This document shows, piece by piece, positions 50,133 to 60,038 of a stretch of 64,000 bases of DNA (its first letter is position 1; each line of letters opens with the position of its first letter). Below the pieces are notes generated by a model. That model was not told where the DNA came from. It saw nothing but the letters and a program-made list of their open reading frames with translations, and made no database searches. Source of the stretch: an uncultured virus (IMG/VR IMGVR_UViG_3300029305_006210). Lineage: Duplodnaviria > Heunggongvirae > Uroviricota > Caudoviricetes. A program made the translations under genes and the position numbers. The stretch lies in the IMG/VR virus record IMGVR_UViG_3300029305_006210, positions 1-64,000 of that record. The stretch is one strand, 5' to 3'.

Positions 50133-51263
50133 TTACTTTCTATACCTAAATTTTGGCATTGGCAATAATTTAAATAGATTCTTCTTATGTAATTCATCTA
50201 TTCTTTCTTTTACTTCAGGATCATCACAAATACCTTCCCTAATGTATTTATCTAATACTTTATATGTAAAACCTAAATTGTCTTCATCAGTTTTCCCACT
50301 AAGACCATCTGCAGGTGTCTTTTCAATAAATTCTTTAGGAAGTCCAAGAGAATATCCTAATGTCTTAACCTCTTGTACGGTCAAATTTGATAATGGGCTA
50401 AAGTCGCCGGCCATATCGCCGTATCTTGTGGAATATCCAACCCAGTCTTCAGACAGGTTGCATGTATTGGCAACTCTGCCATTCATACTTTGAGAAACTC
50501 CATAAAGAACAGCCATCCTAAGTCTTGGCGGCAAATTAATAATCGTTTGTTCGCTAAGACGATCACAACAATCATCAATTTGAGTAATAGCATTATCAAA
50601 CATTCGACTAATATCTATCGTACAATAATTAATTCCTAAGTGATTACATAAATTGTAGGAAACATCGATGTCGCTTTGTTTACCGTTAGGCATCAGTACG
50701 CCAAAAACTCTTTCCTTGCCAAGAGCTTCAACACAGAGAGCCGCAACTACCGAACTGTCTTTGCCTCCAGAAATACCTACTATTGCATTGCATCCTTTAC
50801 CGTTTTCTTCAAACCAGTCTCTGATCCACTGAACACAATCGTTTTTAATTGGTTCAATTTCTTTAATATGTTCTTCGGCTTCAATCTCATCAATTAATTC
50901 GCATAGCATATCATATACAAGTGGTAAACCACCTCTATCATCAATATAGACATTAGCATAAGTCTTTCTACCTTTAACAGGTACTGAACTATCGCAATTA
51001 ATTCCTTCATATTTAATGTTATGTTCATTAAGATAAGCCTGAATTTTAGGATATTCGCTTTCTCCATTACCTGTTAATATAATTACTTCAGATCTACTTT
51101 CCCATCTATGAAGAAGTTCAATGATATTATTAAATGTCTTTCCTGTGCCATGGAAATCATATAACGTATCATCAAAATCCACACAAAATATTAATTTACC
51201 ATGCTGAAGATATTCATCTTTTAATCTTTTATAGCAATTTTTTACTTCTAAATACCAATCCAT
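50133..51263 (-). CDS. nadE: HAD domain fused to NH3-dependent NAD synthetase
   Basis: N-terminal VDFDDTL...YIDD; C-terminal GISGGKDS, RLRM, GYSTRYGD, P.DGL...DED.LG. Confidence 0.9.
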   Translation of the reverse strand: MDWYLEVKNCYKRLKDEYLQHGKLIFCVDFDDTLYDFHGTGKTFNNIIELLHRWESRSEVIILTGNGESEYPKIQAYLNEHNIKYEGINCDSSVPVKGRKTYANVYIDDRGGLPLVYDMLCELIDEIEAEEHIKEIEPIKNDCVQWIRDWFEENGKGCNAIVGISGGKDSSVVAALCVEALGKERVFGVLMPNGKQSDIDVSYNLCNHLGINYCTIDISRMFDNAITQIDDCCDRLSEQTIINLPPRLRMAVLYGVSQSMNGRVANTCNLSEDWVGYSTRYGDMAGDFSPLSNLTVQEVKTLGYSLGLPKEFIEKTPADGLSGKTDEDNLGFTYKVLDKYIREGICDDPEVKERIDELHKKNLFKLLPMPKFRYRK

Positions 51264-52729
51264 TAGAATTCTCCTCTGTGTAAAATATCTCTAATTTCAG
51301 CTAATGTATAATTTTTTAATAATACTCCATCTTTAAATACTGGTTGCAGTAAATTTCCTTCTGGAATAGTAGAGCTAGTATATTCGTCTTTATACTTTAA
51401 CCCTCCGCTTTCTTTATACACATAGCATAATCCCTTCTGAGACTTCTTAAATCCGCCTTCTTTTGGATTTTTGAAAATAGGATATTCTTTACCATCTACT
51501 TCTGCATAACATGCTTTAATACAAGAACTAAATGTATCTCTAGTAAACGGCTTTAATTCCCCATCTTCTTCAATACAATGCATTGAGAAAGAACCTACTC
51601 CAAGTGCCACATTACTTGCAGCAAATCCATTTTGCATCAGAATTTCATATATTCGCTCTGCTCTTTGAACTGTAATTGAATCACCGTAAATAGCTTTTAC
51701 ATGTGGATCCAGTACTTTATAGCCTTTGCTATTTAAAGTGCCACCAAACTGTTCCCACAGCTTAAATACTGTCTGAGTTACTACTTCTACACAGTCACCA
51801 GAATCACCTCTCATAAGCATACATCCATTATGAGCCATGATTTCATCATGAATCTTAGGCAAAATATTATCAATTACGTTCCAGTAATCATAGCTATCAA
51901 GTACACATGAGAAACTTGTGTTAGGATATAATTCAGTCAATAACTTTCTCAGGAAAGTTTCTTCATCTCCATCTATTGCATAATTGCTACACATTACAAA
52001 ATGCTCACTACTTACAGCTCCAAATGCAACCTCTTCTTTTTCACAATCACAATTATACATTTTTTCAAGATACGGAATTACTGGCACTGTTGCAGTGTTT
52101 ACAAATGATAGACACCATCCGGATCCTGCTTTGAGTGCAGCATCAAGACCCATATCACCTCTAAAGTCGAAGCTACCCAAAGCTTTTCTTCTTGGAGTAT
52201 CTTCATCGCACGTCATATCATAATATTTATTTACAACATCACGATACGTCTTACCTACTGTTGCAGTGATCATTGGATACCAAAGCTCTGCACTAATTAA
52301 AGATTCAAGTGCTTGCGGCAACCAAGCAAAATCATCATGAGTATTTGTAATACCAAACATAGGTACCTTCATTGGAACCATTGTTCCTTCTGGAAGCGCT
52401 GTAATTTCAATTGGCAAATACCCAAGATGATGCAGTTTTATAATTTTTTCGATATCATATACACCTTCACCAAGCGTATTATCAAGAACTCTTTTATATT
52501 CAGCGATTACTTCATCTTCTGGCCTTTCAAAAAAATTATCTCTAAAGTGATCAATAAGATAAGTTTTGCAAAATGCTTGTAATCCAAACATTACAACTTT
52601 ATCCCATCTATTCACTCTACTCATTCGCGGCGTAAAGTAGGATACAGATTTTGTCATACCCGGATTAAGCATTTCTGCATGAACTGCTTTGTAAAAATCA
52701 CATAATAATAATGAATTCATTTCGTGCAT
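51263..52729 (-). CDS. NAMPT-family phosphoribosyltransferase (Namat/NadV-like)
   Basis: DFYK..H, F.FRG, SEH, DSYD, RGDSGD, IYGDSI, GVGS, TRDT, KKS.KG motifs. Confidence 0.9.
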   Translation of the reverse strand: MHEMNSLLLCDFYKAVHAEMLNPGMTKSVSYFTPRMSRVNRWDKVVMFGLQAFCKTYLIDHFRDNFFERPEDEVIAEYKRVLDNTLGEGVYDIEKIIKLHHLGYLPIEITALPEGTMVPMKVPMFGITNTHDDFAWLPQALESLISAELWYPMITATVGKTYRDVVNKYYDMTCDEDTPRRKALGSFDFRGDMGLDAALKAGSGWCLSFVNTATVPVIPYLEKMYNCDCEKEEVAFGAVSSEHFVMCSNYAIDGDEETFLRKLLTELYPNTSFSCVLDSYDYWNVIDNILPKIHDEIMAHNGCMLMRGDSGDCVEVVTQTVFKLWEQFGGTLNSKGYKVLDPHVKAIYGDSITVQRAERIYEILMQNGFAASNVALGVGSFSMHCIEEDGELKPFTRDTFSSCIKACYAEVDGKEYPIFKNPKEGGFKKSQKGLCYVYKESGGLKYKDEYTSSTIPEGNLLQPVFKDGVLLKNYTLAEIRDILHRGEF

Positions 52730-53526
52730 TACAATACCTCCTCTATACGCATTGTATTAATCTTTTCATGTGATGAATGAAAAAGACTATCTGTGGTCCA
52801 AACACTTTTTATAAGATCTCCTTTTAATAGCTCACCTTGATGAATTGTATCTTCGCAATGAGTTACATATAGATGAACATCTTTTGCCCCAAGCTCTTTA
52901 AGCTTTTTTGCTGCAAAATAAAAAGTTCCTCCACGGGAACAAATATCATCTATTATAAGAATGTTTTTATTTTTTATTAACTCAGCATCTCCGGCAATAT
53001 TCAGCCCAAGAATTTTTCCTGTATCCCATTGCCTTTCCTTTACCCCAAAAGCATATGGTAATTTTGCCATACCACTATAACGTTTCATTGCACCTTCATC
53101 TGGAAAAAATAATGAATCTACATAAACTTGATCTAATACTTTGTTTATAAATAGCTCTGGAGTTTTCACACATATATTATCAATTAACGCCTCGCTTACA
53201 GAAGAATGTGGATCTAATACTGATACATAATCAAAATTGAGGCTATTAATAATATTTGCAAAAAATTTTAAAGTGAAAACTTCATCATCATGTTTTACTC
53301 TATCCATGCGAGCGTTTGGAATGTACGGCATTTTCAATTGGATATTTGAACAACGAAGTTTATCTAAATGTTTCTTTACGTAGATAAGCGTTATTAATTC
53401 TTCTTCACGTTCATATAACCATGTTATAGTAGCATCAGTTCTGAAAATCGTTGTTGGCATTTTTATATTTTGTGTACCATCGGGAAAACGATCTACGATT
53501 ACTTGTGCTCCATCTACTTTTATCAT
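52729..53526 (-). CDS. PRPP-synthetase-like protein (Adps-like)
   Basis: FPDG, PYIPNARMDR, DPHS, PDEGA.KR, IIDDICSRGGTF and VTH motifs. Confidence 0.9.
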   Translation of the reverse strand: MIKVDGAQVIVDRFPDGTQNIKMPTTIFRTDATITWLYEREEELITLIYVKKHLDKLRCSNIQLKMPYIPNARMDRVKHDDEVFTLKFFANIINSLNFDYVSVLDPHSSVSEALIDNICVKTPELFINKVLDQVYVDSLFFPDEGAMKRYSGMAKLPYAFGVKERQWDTGKILGLNIAGDAELIKNKNILIIDDICSRGGTFYFAAKKLKELGAKDVHLYVTHCEDTIHQGELLKGDLIKSVWTTDSLFHSSHEKINTMRIEEVL

Positions 53527-53530
53527 ATTT

Positions 53531-54136
53531 TTACCTCTTAATTTCTATCTGACACATTTCCATAGCCTTAAGTGCATTTTCATGACTATCCGGAGTAACG
53601 CCAGCGCAACATGTCGCATCAACGCTAATTTTTGCTTCCGGCATAAATGCTTTTAATAACATTGCATTAGATATAACGCAAATATCGGTACAAAGGCCAA
53701 CAAGTTCAATCTCTACTCCACTACCATCTTTATTATCAATTACTGCCTGTATCACCTTTGCAAGATCTACTGAGCCAAATGTAGGCTTATTAATTGTATT
53801 GTTTTCGCCAATATAAGGTACAATTTCTGGATCAATAATTATAGTTTTTTTATACATCCAAGTACTTCTAATTGCTTTCTGTATATACCATCCTTCATTT
53901 ACTTTTCCTGGCTCATAGATACAATGTGGCACCGGAAGATTTTTACCTTCCTGAATTTCCATATAATTAGGCCCATGTGTATCTTTTGTAAAAAGAATTA
54001 ATGTTTCTTCGTTTGCTGCTTCAATTTTCTTGATTACATTAGGCACAATTGCTTTAGCCTCTTCTGTTCCGAGAGCGCCGTCGATAAAATCATTCTGCAT
54101 ATCTACTACGATTAAAAATTTATTTAAATTATCCAT
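53531..54136 (-). CDS. pncA: nicotinamidase (isochorismatase family)
   Basis: VDMQNDF, DTH, HC, K.TF and GLCTDICV motifs. Confidence 0.85.
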   Translation of the reverse strand: MDNLNKFLIVVDMQNDFIDGALGTEEAKAIVPNVIKKIEAANEETLILFTKDTHGPNYMEIQEGKNLPVPHCIYEPGKVNEGWYIQKAIRSTWMYKKTIIIDPEIVPYIGENNTINKPTFGSVDLAKVIQAVIDNKDGSGVEIELVGLCTDICVISNAMLLKAFMPEAKISVDATCCAGVTPDSHENALKAMEMCQIEIKR

Positions 54137-54147
54137 TTTACATTCTC

Positions 54148-54783
54148 CTACAATTCCTTAAATTGTTTTAATAAATCAGCAAGGACAGGATCTTGCTTAG
54201 CATACATTTCATATATCTGTTCCTTTTGTAATTTAGCTACGCATTGATCCATTTCATCTTGAATCTTTTTTCTTTTTTCAGCTTTATTAATACGCTCATA
54301 ATACTCAGCTGTATCAATAACACCTTTGAGTTGTTTATGTGGCATAATAGTATTGCCGTCGGCATTTTCTATAGATATAATTCTTATAATATTTACAATT
54401 TTATTTGAATCAGTAATACCTAATAATCTGTCTTCATCGAATTCACCATCCAAATCATCATATAATGCAAAATTATATTCTTTGTCATAGTCTAAATATT
54501 TTACTGTTGCAATTTTATATCCAGGCTCTAGCATCATCTCTTCTTCCTCCTCATCTCTTATAGGTTCTAAATGTTCTTTATTGTAATAAAACCAGCCAAA
54601 TTGACTGGAGTTATTACGTATTCCATCAACTTCAACTGCCAATCTTTTATTTCCCATTACCTTTTTAATAACACCTGTTTTGCCCAATGTTTTTAAATAT
54701 GTATTACTATTAGTATAAGGAATAGATTTTATTCTTACTTTTACATTCATTTTATTTCTCCTACTTTGTATGCTTTTAATCAC
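54148..54783 (-). CDS. hypothetical protein with SH3/KOW-like N-terminus
   Basis: VRIK...GKTGVI...V pattern; helical C-terminus. Confidence 0.45.
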   Translation of the reverse strand: MIKSIQSRRNKMNVKVRIKSIPYTNSNTYLKTLGKTGVIKKVMGNKRLAVEVDGIRNNSSQFGWFYYNKEHLEPIRDEEEEEMMLEPGYKIATVKYLDYDKEYNFALYDDLDGEFDEDRLLGITDSNKIVNIIRIISIENADGNTIMPHKQLKGVIDTAEYYERINKAEKRKKIQDEMDQCVAKLQKEQIYEMYAKQDPVLADLLKQFKEL

Positions 54784-55531
54784 AACCCCGTATTCGAGGC
54801 CATAATATTACCTCTTTAAAACGCCCTCCAATCTGACGGAGAATGTATTTCCCAATCTGCAGGCATTTCACATAAACCACATTCATCATATTTATCTCTT
54901 AATGGGCAACTATTACAAGAATCTCTAAAACGATCACAAACATCTTTTATTACTTTTAATGCTTCAATAATTTCTTCAGTACTTCTAATATTGTTGTTAT
55001 TTGCTCTCATAATCTTTACCATCCTTTACAAATGCTCAATCTTTATTCTTTTTCTAATAAGCTTTTCTTCTTCAATTTCAAGTTGTTCGCGTTTGAATTT
55101 TTCAACTTTTTTCCAACGTTCATCTGAAATTTTATCAAGCCCCTGCTTCATTTCTTTTTCATTTTTAGCTTTAAACTCTTCTATATCCTTTTTAATATCA
55201 TTAATTACTTCTTGCTGCGCTTTATATGCACGCATTTTTTCTTCACATTTATCGAGTTTATATTTCCATATTTTATATTTAAAATAACTAATTAAACCAA
55301 AAGAAAAATTTGTTGTTTTATATATTACAATATGATTTCCTAAATACCATTTGTCCGGATTTATTTTTCTTAAGTTCAAAAATCTATTAAATGAAATATG
55401 ATTAGGATAATTATCATATTTTTGAAACCATTCCATAAAATATACAAAACTAAGAGCGATTATGGCAATAACGGTAACACCAGCTATAACCGATAGCCCA
55501 AACATAATGTCTTTCATAACAACCTCCTATA

Positions 55532-55801
55532 TTAAGTAAGAAAATTCATTAAATCGTCTTGACTAATTTTAATTTCAAATTCATCAGCCAATCCATCGAT
55601 CATATGTTCATACCAATGCCAGTCTCTATTATCTTCTTTCATCCTATAAACTCCACCATAACAATTATCACTACTAGCATTTATAATAGTCATCACTTGA
55701 TCGCCATACTTATCCATAAGTCCAGAAGAATTTCTACCAGCTGCATATCGCATACGTTCACGAGAAATTATTTTGACACGATCACCTACGTTAAATTTCA
55801 T
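55532..55801 (-). CDS. SH3/KOW-like small protein with C-terminal tag
   Basis: Likely start MKFNVGDRVKI; ends KISQDDLMNFLT. Confidence 0.7.
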   Translation of the reverse strand: MKFNVGDRVKIISRERMRYAAGRNSSGLMDKYGDQVMTIINASSDNCYGGVYRMKEDNRDWHWYEHMIDGLADEFEIKISQDDLMNFLT

Positions 55802-55916
55802 TTTTACACCTTTTCCTTTTATAGCCAAATTAAAAATCTTAATGAAATAAATAATGTTAACACAACATATGTTAATAAAAAAAATGGCTAAAACAGTTGA
55901 ATTAATGTTCGCCATT

Positions 55917-56492
55917 TTACGCCTCTATTAAAGCTAGCAATTCATTACCATAATTTGATCGGTATGAGCTAAATAATCTCTCAATTATTTCTCTTTTTAC
56001 ATCTTCTTTTGTTGTACAGCTCATAAATTTCATATCAGCTAAACACTCTTTTAAGGTTGAATATTTTTCAATAGCTTTAACTTTTCCACTATATTGACCT
56101 CTTAAATAATCAAGTGCCTGATCATAATCAGTATCTTTGCTAACAATATAAATAAATTCAGTATTTTTATCAGTTAAAGCCGTTGCTACATCACATATAA
56201 TTTTAAAATCTGTCGCATTAGATCCTACGTTTGAAACTATTTCACGTATAACAGCTTTATTATTCTTTAATTTATTATTCATTTTATTACTATTTAGCAT
56301 AGTTGCATGAGTAGAATCGGCATAAAAATTCACCTGAGTTGAATTATCTAAAATAATCTCATTACCGAGATCATCATAGCTTGTATTATCAAGATCTATA
56401 AATATGTATTTAGTTATTGCAGGCAGATCTGCAATAAATTCATCCTTTTTAATTTTTTCAAATACATTATAAATCTCTTCTCGAACATTCAT
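55917..56492 (-). CDS. PIN/NYN-domain protein
   Basis: FIDLDN, NATDF and VSKDTDY acidic motifs. Confidence 0.65.
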   Translation of the reverse strand: MNVREEIYNVFEKIKKDEFIADLPAITKYIFIDLDNTSYDDLGNEIILDNSTQVNFYADSTHATMLNSNKMNNKLKNNKAVIREIVSNVGSNATDFKIICDVATALTDKNTEFIYIVSKDTDYDQALDYLRGQYSGKVKAIEKYSTLKECLADMKFMSCTTKEDVKREIIERLFSSYRSNYGNELLALIEA

Positions 56493-57188
56493 TTATTTTA
56501 GCTCCTCTATATTTTTATACATGAATTTAATTTTATCTATATTTTTATCCGTATGATAATGTCCACAATACCATTTTTCATAATCCAGCTTTTCTTCCAA
56601 AGTTCCAAGCCATTCTTCAGTAGATTTATCTACTTTGGTTTGATCAATACCAGGTAAAAATACTTCTACAGGTTCATATTTTAATGGACAGGTATGAGTC
56701 AAGATGCCGTCGAATTTCCAATTGGCAAAATTACATGTCTGTTCCACATATGATTTAATTTCATCTGACGGCTGTTCATTATCCCACCAATTACCTCTAC
56801 CCATTAATCTATATTGTTTATCAACGCTATATGCTCCGCCAATGACAAGATATGCTTTACCATTTAATTTAAACACTTCTCCATCATCTGCAAAGAGTAT
56901 ATTAGGATAATCTTCTTCATACCATACTATTCCGCCATTAAAAACTTTTGTCTGATATGATGCAATTTCATAAGGTCTTTGTTCGTGATTTCCATGAATA
57001 CATAATAATGTAATTGGAATATCATCTTGAATCATACTTTTAATTTGTTTATCTTTATAATCCATAAAATAATTGATACCTGCATCTCCCAAGATAATCA
57101 TCACATCATCTTTTGTCGTTCCATTTTCATAACAAAATGTTTCGATCTCATGAAAATATCCATGCGTATCACCAGTTATATAAACCAT
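56493..57188 (-). CDS. metallophosphoesterase
   Basis: GDTHG, GD, GNHE, THT and GHYH motifs. Confidence 0.9.
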   Translation of the reverse strand: MVYITGDTHGYFHEIETFCYENGTTKDDVMIILGDAGINYFMDYKDKQIKSMIQDDIPITLLCIHGNHEQRPYEIASYQTKVFNGGIVWYEEDYPNILFADDGEVFKLNGKAYLVIGGAYSVDKQYRLMGRGNWWDNEQPSDEIKSYVEQTCNFANWKFDGILTHTCPLKYEPVEVFLPGIDQTKVDKSTEEWLGTLEEKLDYEKWYCGHYHTDKNIDKIKFMYKNIEELK

Positions 57189-57200
57189 TTTTTTTACTCC

Positions 57201-57494
57201 TTATACATCAAGAAATTCTAATAAATCGTCTTGACTAATATTTACCTCACCGTCCGTCCAATCAATTGTATCGTAGCCAAATATAAATCCAGGTTCTTTG
57301 CCAATATTATCAGCAGGCACTCCTACAAAACCCATACTATTAGGGCCACCTATTGCTCTAATATAGACATAAGAACCTCTGAGATTATAACATTTATCAT
57401 CCACTATGTACGTCGAATACATTTCACCAAGTTGTATGTCATCTCTAATACGAATTATATTTCCTTCCTTAAAATCAGGATGTTTAAATTTCAT
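57201..57494 (-). CDS. tagged small protein, SH3/KOW-like family
   Basis: FKEGNIIRIRDD; ends NISQDDLLEFLDV. Confidence 0.7.
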   Translation of the reverse strand: MKFKHPDFKEGNIIRIRDDIQLGEMYSTYIVDDKCYNLRGSYVYIRAIGGPNSMGFVGVPADNIGKEPGFIFGYDTIDWTDGEVNISQDDLLEFLDV

Positions 57495-57498
57495 ATTA

Positions 57499-57801
57499 TC
57501 ACACTCCTAAAAAATTGAATAAATCACATATATCTATGGCAAGATCAGGGCTTAAAATGTTATATTCTGATAAATCAAACATCTCTGTGGTCCAAAACCA
57601 ACCTCCTGCTTCTTTAACATAAAATTTCCCATTTAGACCTATCGCTGTTATAGTTACACGTTTTCCAGCAAACTTTACCATTTGAGGAGTCGCAAAATCA
57701 GCGGCAGTGTTATAATTTTCATATGTTTTTCCTTGCAAATCTGATCTTACTAACACTTTATCGCCCACTTCAGGCACAAGTAGACCTTTAATATATTTCA
57801 T
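57499..57801 (-). CDS. tagged small protein, SH3/KOW-like family
   Basis: VGDKVLVRSDL; ends AIDICDLFNFLGV. Confidence 0.7.
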   Translation of the reverse strand: MKYIKGLLVPEVGDKVLVRSDLQGKTYENYNTAADFATPQMVKFAGKRVTITAIGLNGKFYVKEAGGWFWTTEMFDLSEYNILSPDLAIDICDLFNFLGV

Positions 57802-57827
57802 TTTTTAATTACCTCTTTTTTTTATAT

Positions 57828-58020
57828 TCTCTAATCTAAATATTATTTGGATACCGAGAAGGCTGCTTAACGCGTGACGTCATCCGGAAGATTCCGGTGA
57901 GAAAGTTGTGTTATTTCGCATATGCGGATGGGCTCAGTGACCTGGAGACCTGCGTGCTCCTTCCTGGTTATTTATGAACAATTCGAAAACTCTGATTACA
58001 CCAAGAGCTGTTTTTTAAAA
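57828..58020. other. GC-rich palindrome-dense non-coding element 1
   Basis: No ORF in the track; shares TCTAATCTAAAT, GAAGGC, GACGT(C)ATCCGGA, GAGACC and CTCCTT in order with element 2. Confidence 0.55.
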
Positions 58021-58044
58021 AAACAATGCATTAGAAAATATTAA

Positions 58045-58446
58045 TTATATATTTAAAAAATTCATTAAACTGTTTTGATATATTACCATTTTAGGCACTT
58101 TTTCAAATTCAATATCTGTAAATAGATAGTCTGTAATCTCAGTCCCATTGTCTAAACTACTACTTCCATCGCAGTGAATATGCAGTATTCCATCACAATC
58201 TTCTGCACAATAAATAGAAACCCACTCATTAAATTCAAACTCAAATACTTCTCTTTCTTTAACCCTTTTTAAATCGTCTAAGAGCGTGGAATTTGAATAT
58301 ACTGTTATATCTAAAAAACTTTCTAAATATAACATTGTTTGCAGAAACTCTTCTCTTGTCTCACATATTATTCCAATGGCTTCTGGGTTTGTCCAATGTA
58401 ATAAAAATCTATTAATATCAAATTTAATTTTTTCTCCGACTGCCAT
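58045..58446 (-). CDS. tagged small protein
   Basis: IICETREE....M.YL; ends IYQNSLMNFLNI. Confidence 0.7.
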   Translation of the reverse strand: MAVGEKIKFDINRFLLHWTNPEAIGIICETREEFLQTMLYLESFLDITVYSNSTLLDDLKRVKEREVFEFEFNEWVSIYCAEDCDGILHIHCDGSSSLDNGTEITDYLFTDIEFEKVPKMVIYQNSLMNFLNI

Positions 58447-58473
58447 AACTAAAATCTCCTTATTGTTTAAATT

Positions 58474-58806
58474 TTATTGATCTAAGAAAGAAAATAAATC
58501 TTGAGAAGAGATATTTATTTCCATTACAGGTTCTAACATTTGATCATTAAACACCCACGTTTTTATACCTTTTAATCTATAAAATTTCTCATGGCCTTCT
58601 AATTGCATTACTTCAGTTTCCATGCCACGGAAACATTCCATTTCTTCGGCAAAATGAAGAGGTGAATCACCTTGGTATAAATAAAGATGATCATCAAAAT
58701 CGTAATCATCTTTTCCATTTGGAAATTTTGAATTATAATATAATCCACCTATCAAATCTTGTCTTATTCTAACTGTGTCACACACTTTAAAATTCTTACA
58801 ACTCAT
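58474..58806 (-). CDS. tagged small protein, SH3/KOW-like family
   Basis: FKVCDTVRIRQDL; ends NISSQDLFSFLDQ. Confidence 0.7.
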   Translation of the reverse strand: MSCKNFKVCDTVRIRQDLIGGLYYNSKFPNGKDDYDFDDHLYLYQGDSPLHFAEEMECFRGMETEVMQLEGHEKFYRLKGIKTWVFNDQMLEPVMEINISSQDLFSFLDQ

Positions 58807-58808
58807 AA

Positions 58809-59069
58809 TTACCCCTTTAAAAAATTTTGCAAATCTTCAAGTTTTATTTCTTGAGGCCAATAAATTTGTTCACCAAATGCTATTTCATAAGCTTTTAAAA
58901 TTTCTTCTTTTGTCATATCAAAAGTATCATCATCATAAGATTTTAGAGTTTCAAACGAAGTACCACGTCCGCATCTATGATCATTCCACTCTCTATCTAT
59001 CGGACACTGTGAACAAAAAATTGGCGAACAAAATTCATTTAATTTTTTACGATATTTAATTAGTTCCAT
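58809..59069 (-). CDS. tagged small Cys-rich protein
   Basis: KYRK.L..FC....C..C...RCGRGT; ends IKLEDLQNFLKG. Confidence 0.7.
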   Translation of the reverse strand: MELIKYRKKLNEFCSPIFCSQCPIDREWNDHRCGRGTSFETLKSYDDDTFDMTKEEILKAYEIAFGEQIYWPQEIKLEDLQNFLKG

Positions 59070-59070
59070 A

Positions 59071-59322
59071 TTAGTTTCCTAAAAATTCATTTAAGCTTTC
59101 TAAAGATATATTATCAATAATTATTGTTATATCTTTATTAAATACAGTTTTATATATCCTGATGATTTCTTCATCTGACATATCATATTGATCATTATTT
59201 TTTTTAAAAGTAAAATGCGTACCACGCCCACATCTATATTTAGCACCTTCTAAAATACAATTATCACACGTTCTTTTACTATCGCAGAAGCGCGAGAGTT
59301 CTTTCCTATATTTTGTTAACAT
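59071..59322 (-). CDS. tagged small Cys-rich protein, paralog of 58809-59069
   Basis: KYRKELSRFC...C..C...RCGRGT; ends NISLESLNEFLGN. Confidence 0.7.
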   Translation of the reverse strand: MLTKYRKELSRFCDSKRTCDNCILEGAKYRCGRGTHFTFKKNNDQYDMSDEEIIRIYKTVFNKDITIIIDNISLESLNEFLGN

Positions 59323-59330
59323 ATCTCCCC

Positions 59331-59651
59331 CTACATTAAAAAATCCATCAATTTTGATTTTGATGGAAAGATAGCAGAACTACATTCTGGAGTTAAGTTT
59401 AAAATATGTTTAATTTGATAGCCTTTTTGAATACATTCGTATCTAAGTCTTGTTTTCCTTTTCAGCAAATTATTATGACAAACTGATCCTAAGTAACATA
59501 TTTCAGGTTCTATAATAATTACACCACGATTTTTTTGTTGCTTACTAAATGAGATTTCAACATTGTAATTTTTTACAATCCATTCGCAGGCTATTTTAAA
59601 TTGTTCATATGTATCAAATAAAATTATTAATTTATTATGCTTTTTCTTCAT
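59331..59651 (-). CDS. tagged small protein
   Basis: Ends FPSKSKLMDFLM. Confidence 0.7.
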   Translation of the reverse strand: MKKKHNKLIILFDTYEQFKIACEWIVKNYNVEISFSKQQKNRGVIIIEPEICYLGSVCHNNLLKRKTRLRYECIQKGYQIKHILNLTPECSSAIFPSKSKLMDFLM

Positions 59652-60034
59652 ATTTCTAAAAAATCTTTTAAAGATATCTCAGATGGGAAAACGCCGTATA
59701 CTAATTCGCTACAAGTAATCGTTTTATGAGTTATAAATTTTCGTCCTTCATTAAATAAAGGATATGTAATATAATCATCTGGTGAATAATTTTGTGTTGC
59801 TCGTACATATTCTTTACATCTAATAAACATAGAACTACCTGCCTCGAAAAATAAAGCATACTCATCGTCTTCGGTCATTGCATATTCCATATGATCAGTC
59901 CAATCTGTATAACCTGAGGTATTTTCATTACCTGTACACCATTTTACTTCCGGATGATGGATTTCTAACCATTGTAATGCATCAAAAACTTCGCTTTTAT
60001 TATTACAAACAATAGCAGCATAATTAAAAGCCAT
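59648..60034 (-). CDS. tagged small protein, C...E...L..L...W..G family
   Basis: IVCNNKSEV..ALQWL...VKWCTG; ends FPSEISLKDFLEI. Confidence 0.7.
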   Translation of the reverse strand: MAFNYAAIVCNNKSEVFDALQWLEIHHPEVKWCTGNENTSGYTDWTDHMEYAMTEDDEYALFFEAGSSMFIRCKEYVRATQNYSPDDYITYPLFNEGRKFITHKTITCSELVYGVFPSEISLKDFLEI

Positions 60035-60038
60035 AACT

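Noticed and set aside
55802..55915. N-terminal extension of ORF 55532-55915
   Set aside because: The family motif and an RBS-like sequence point to the start at 55801
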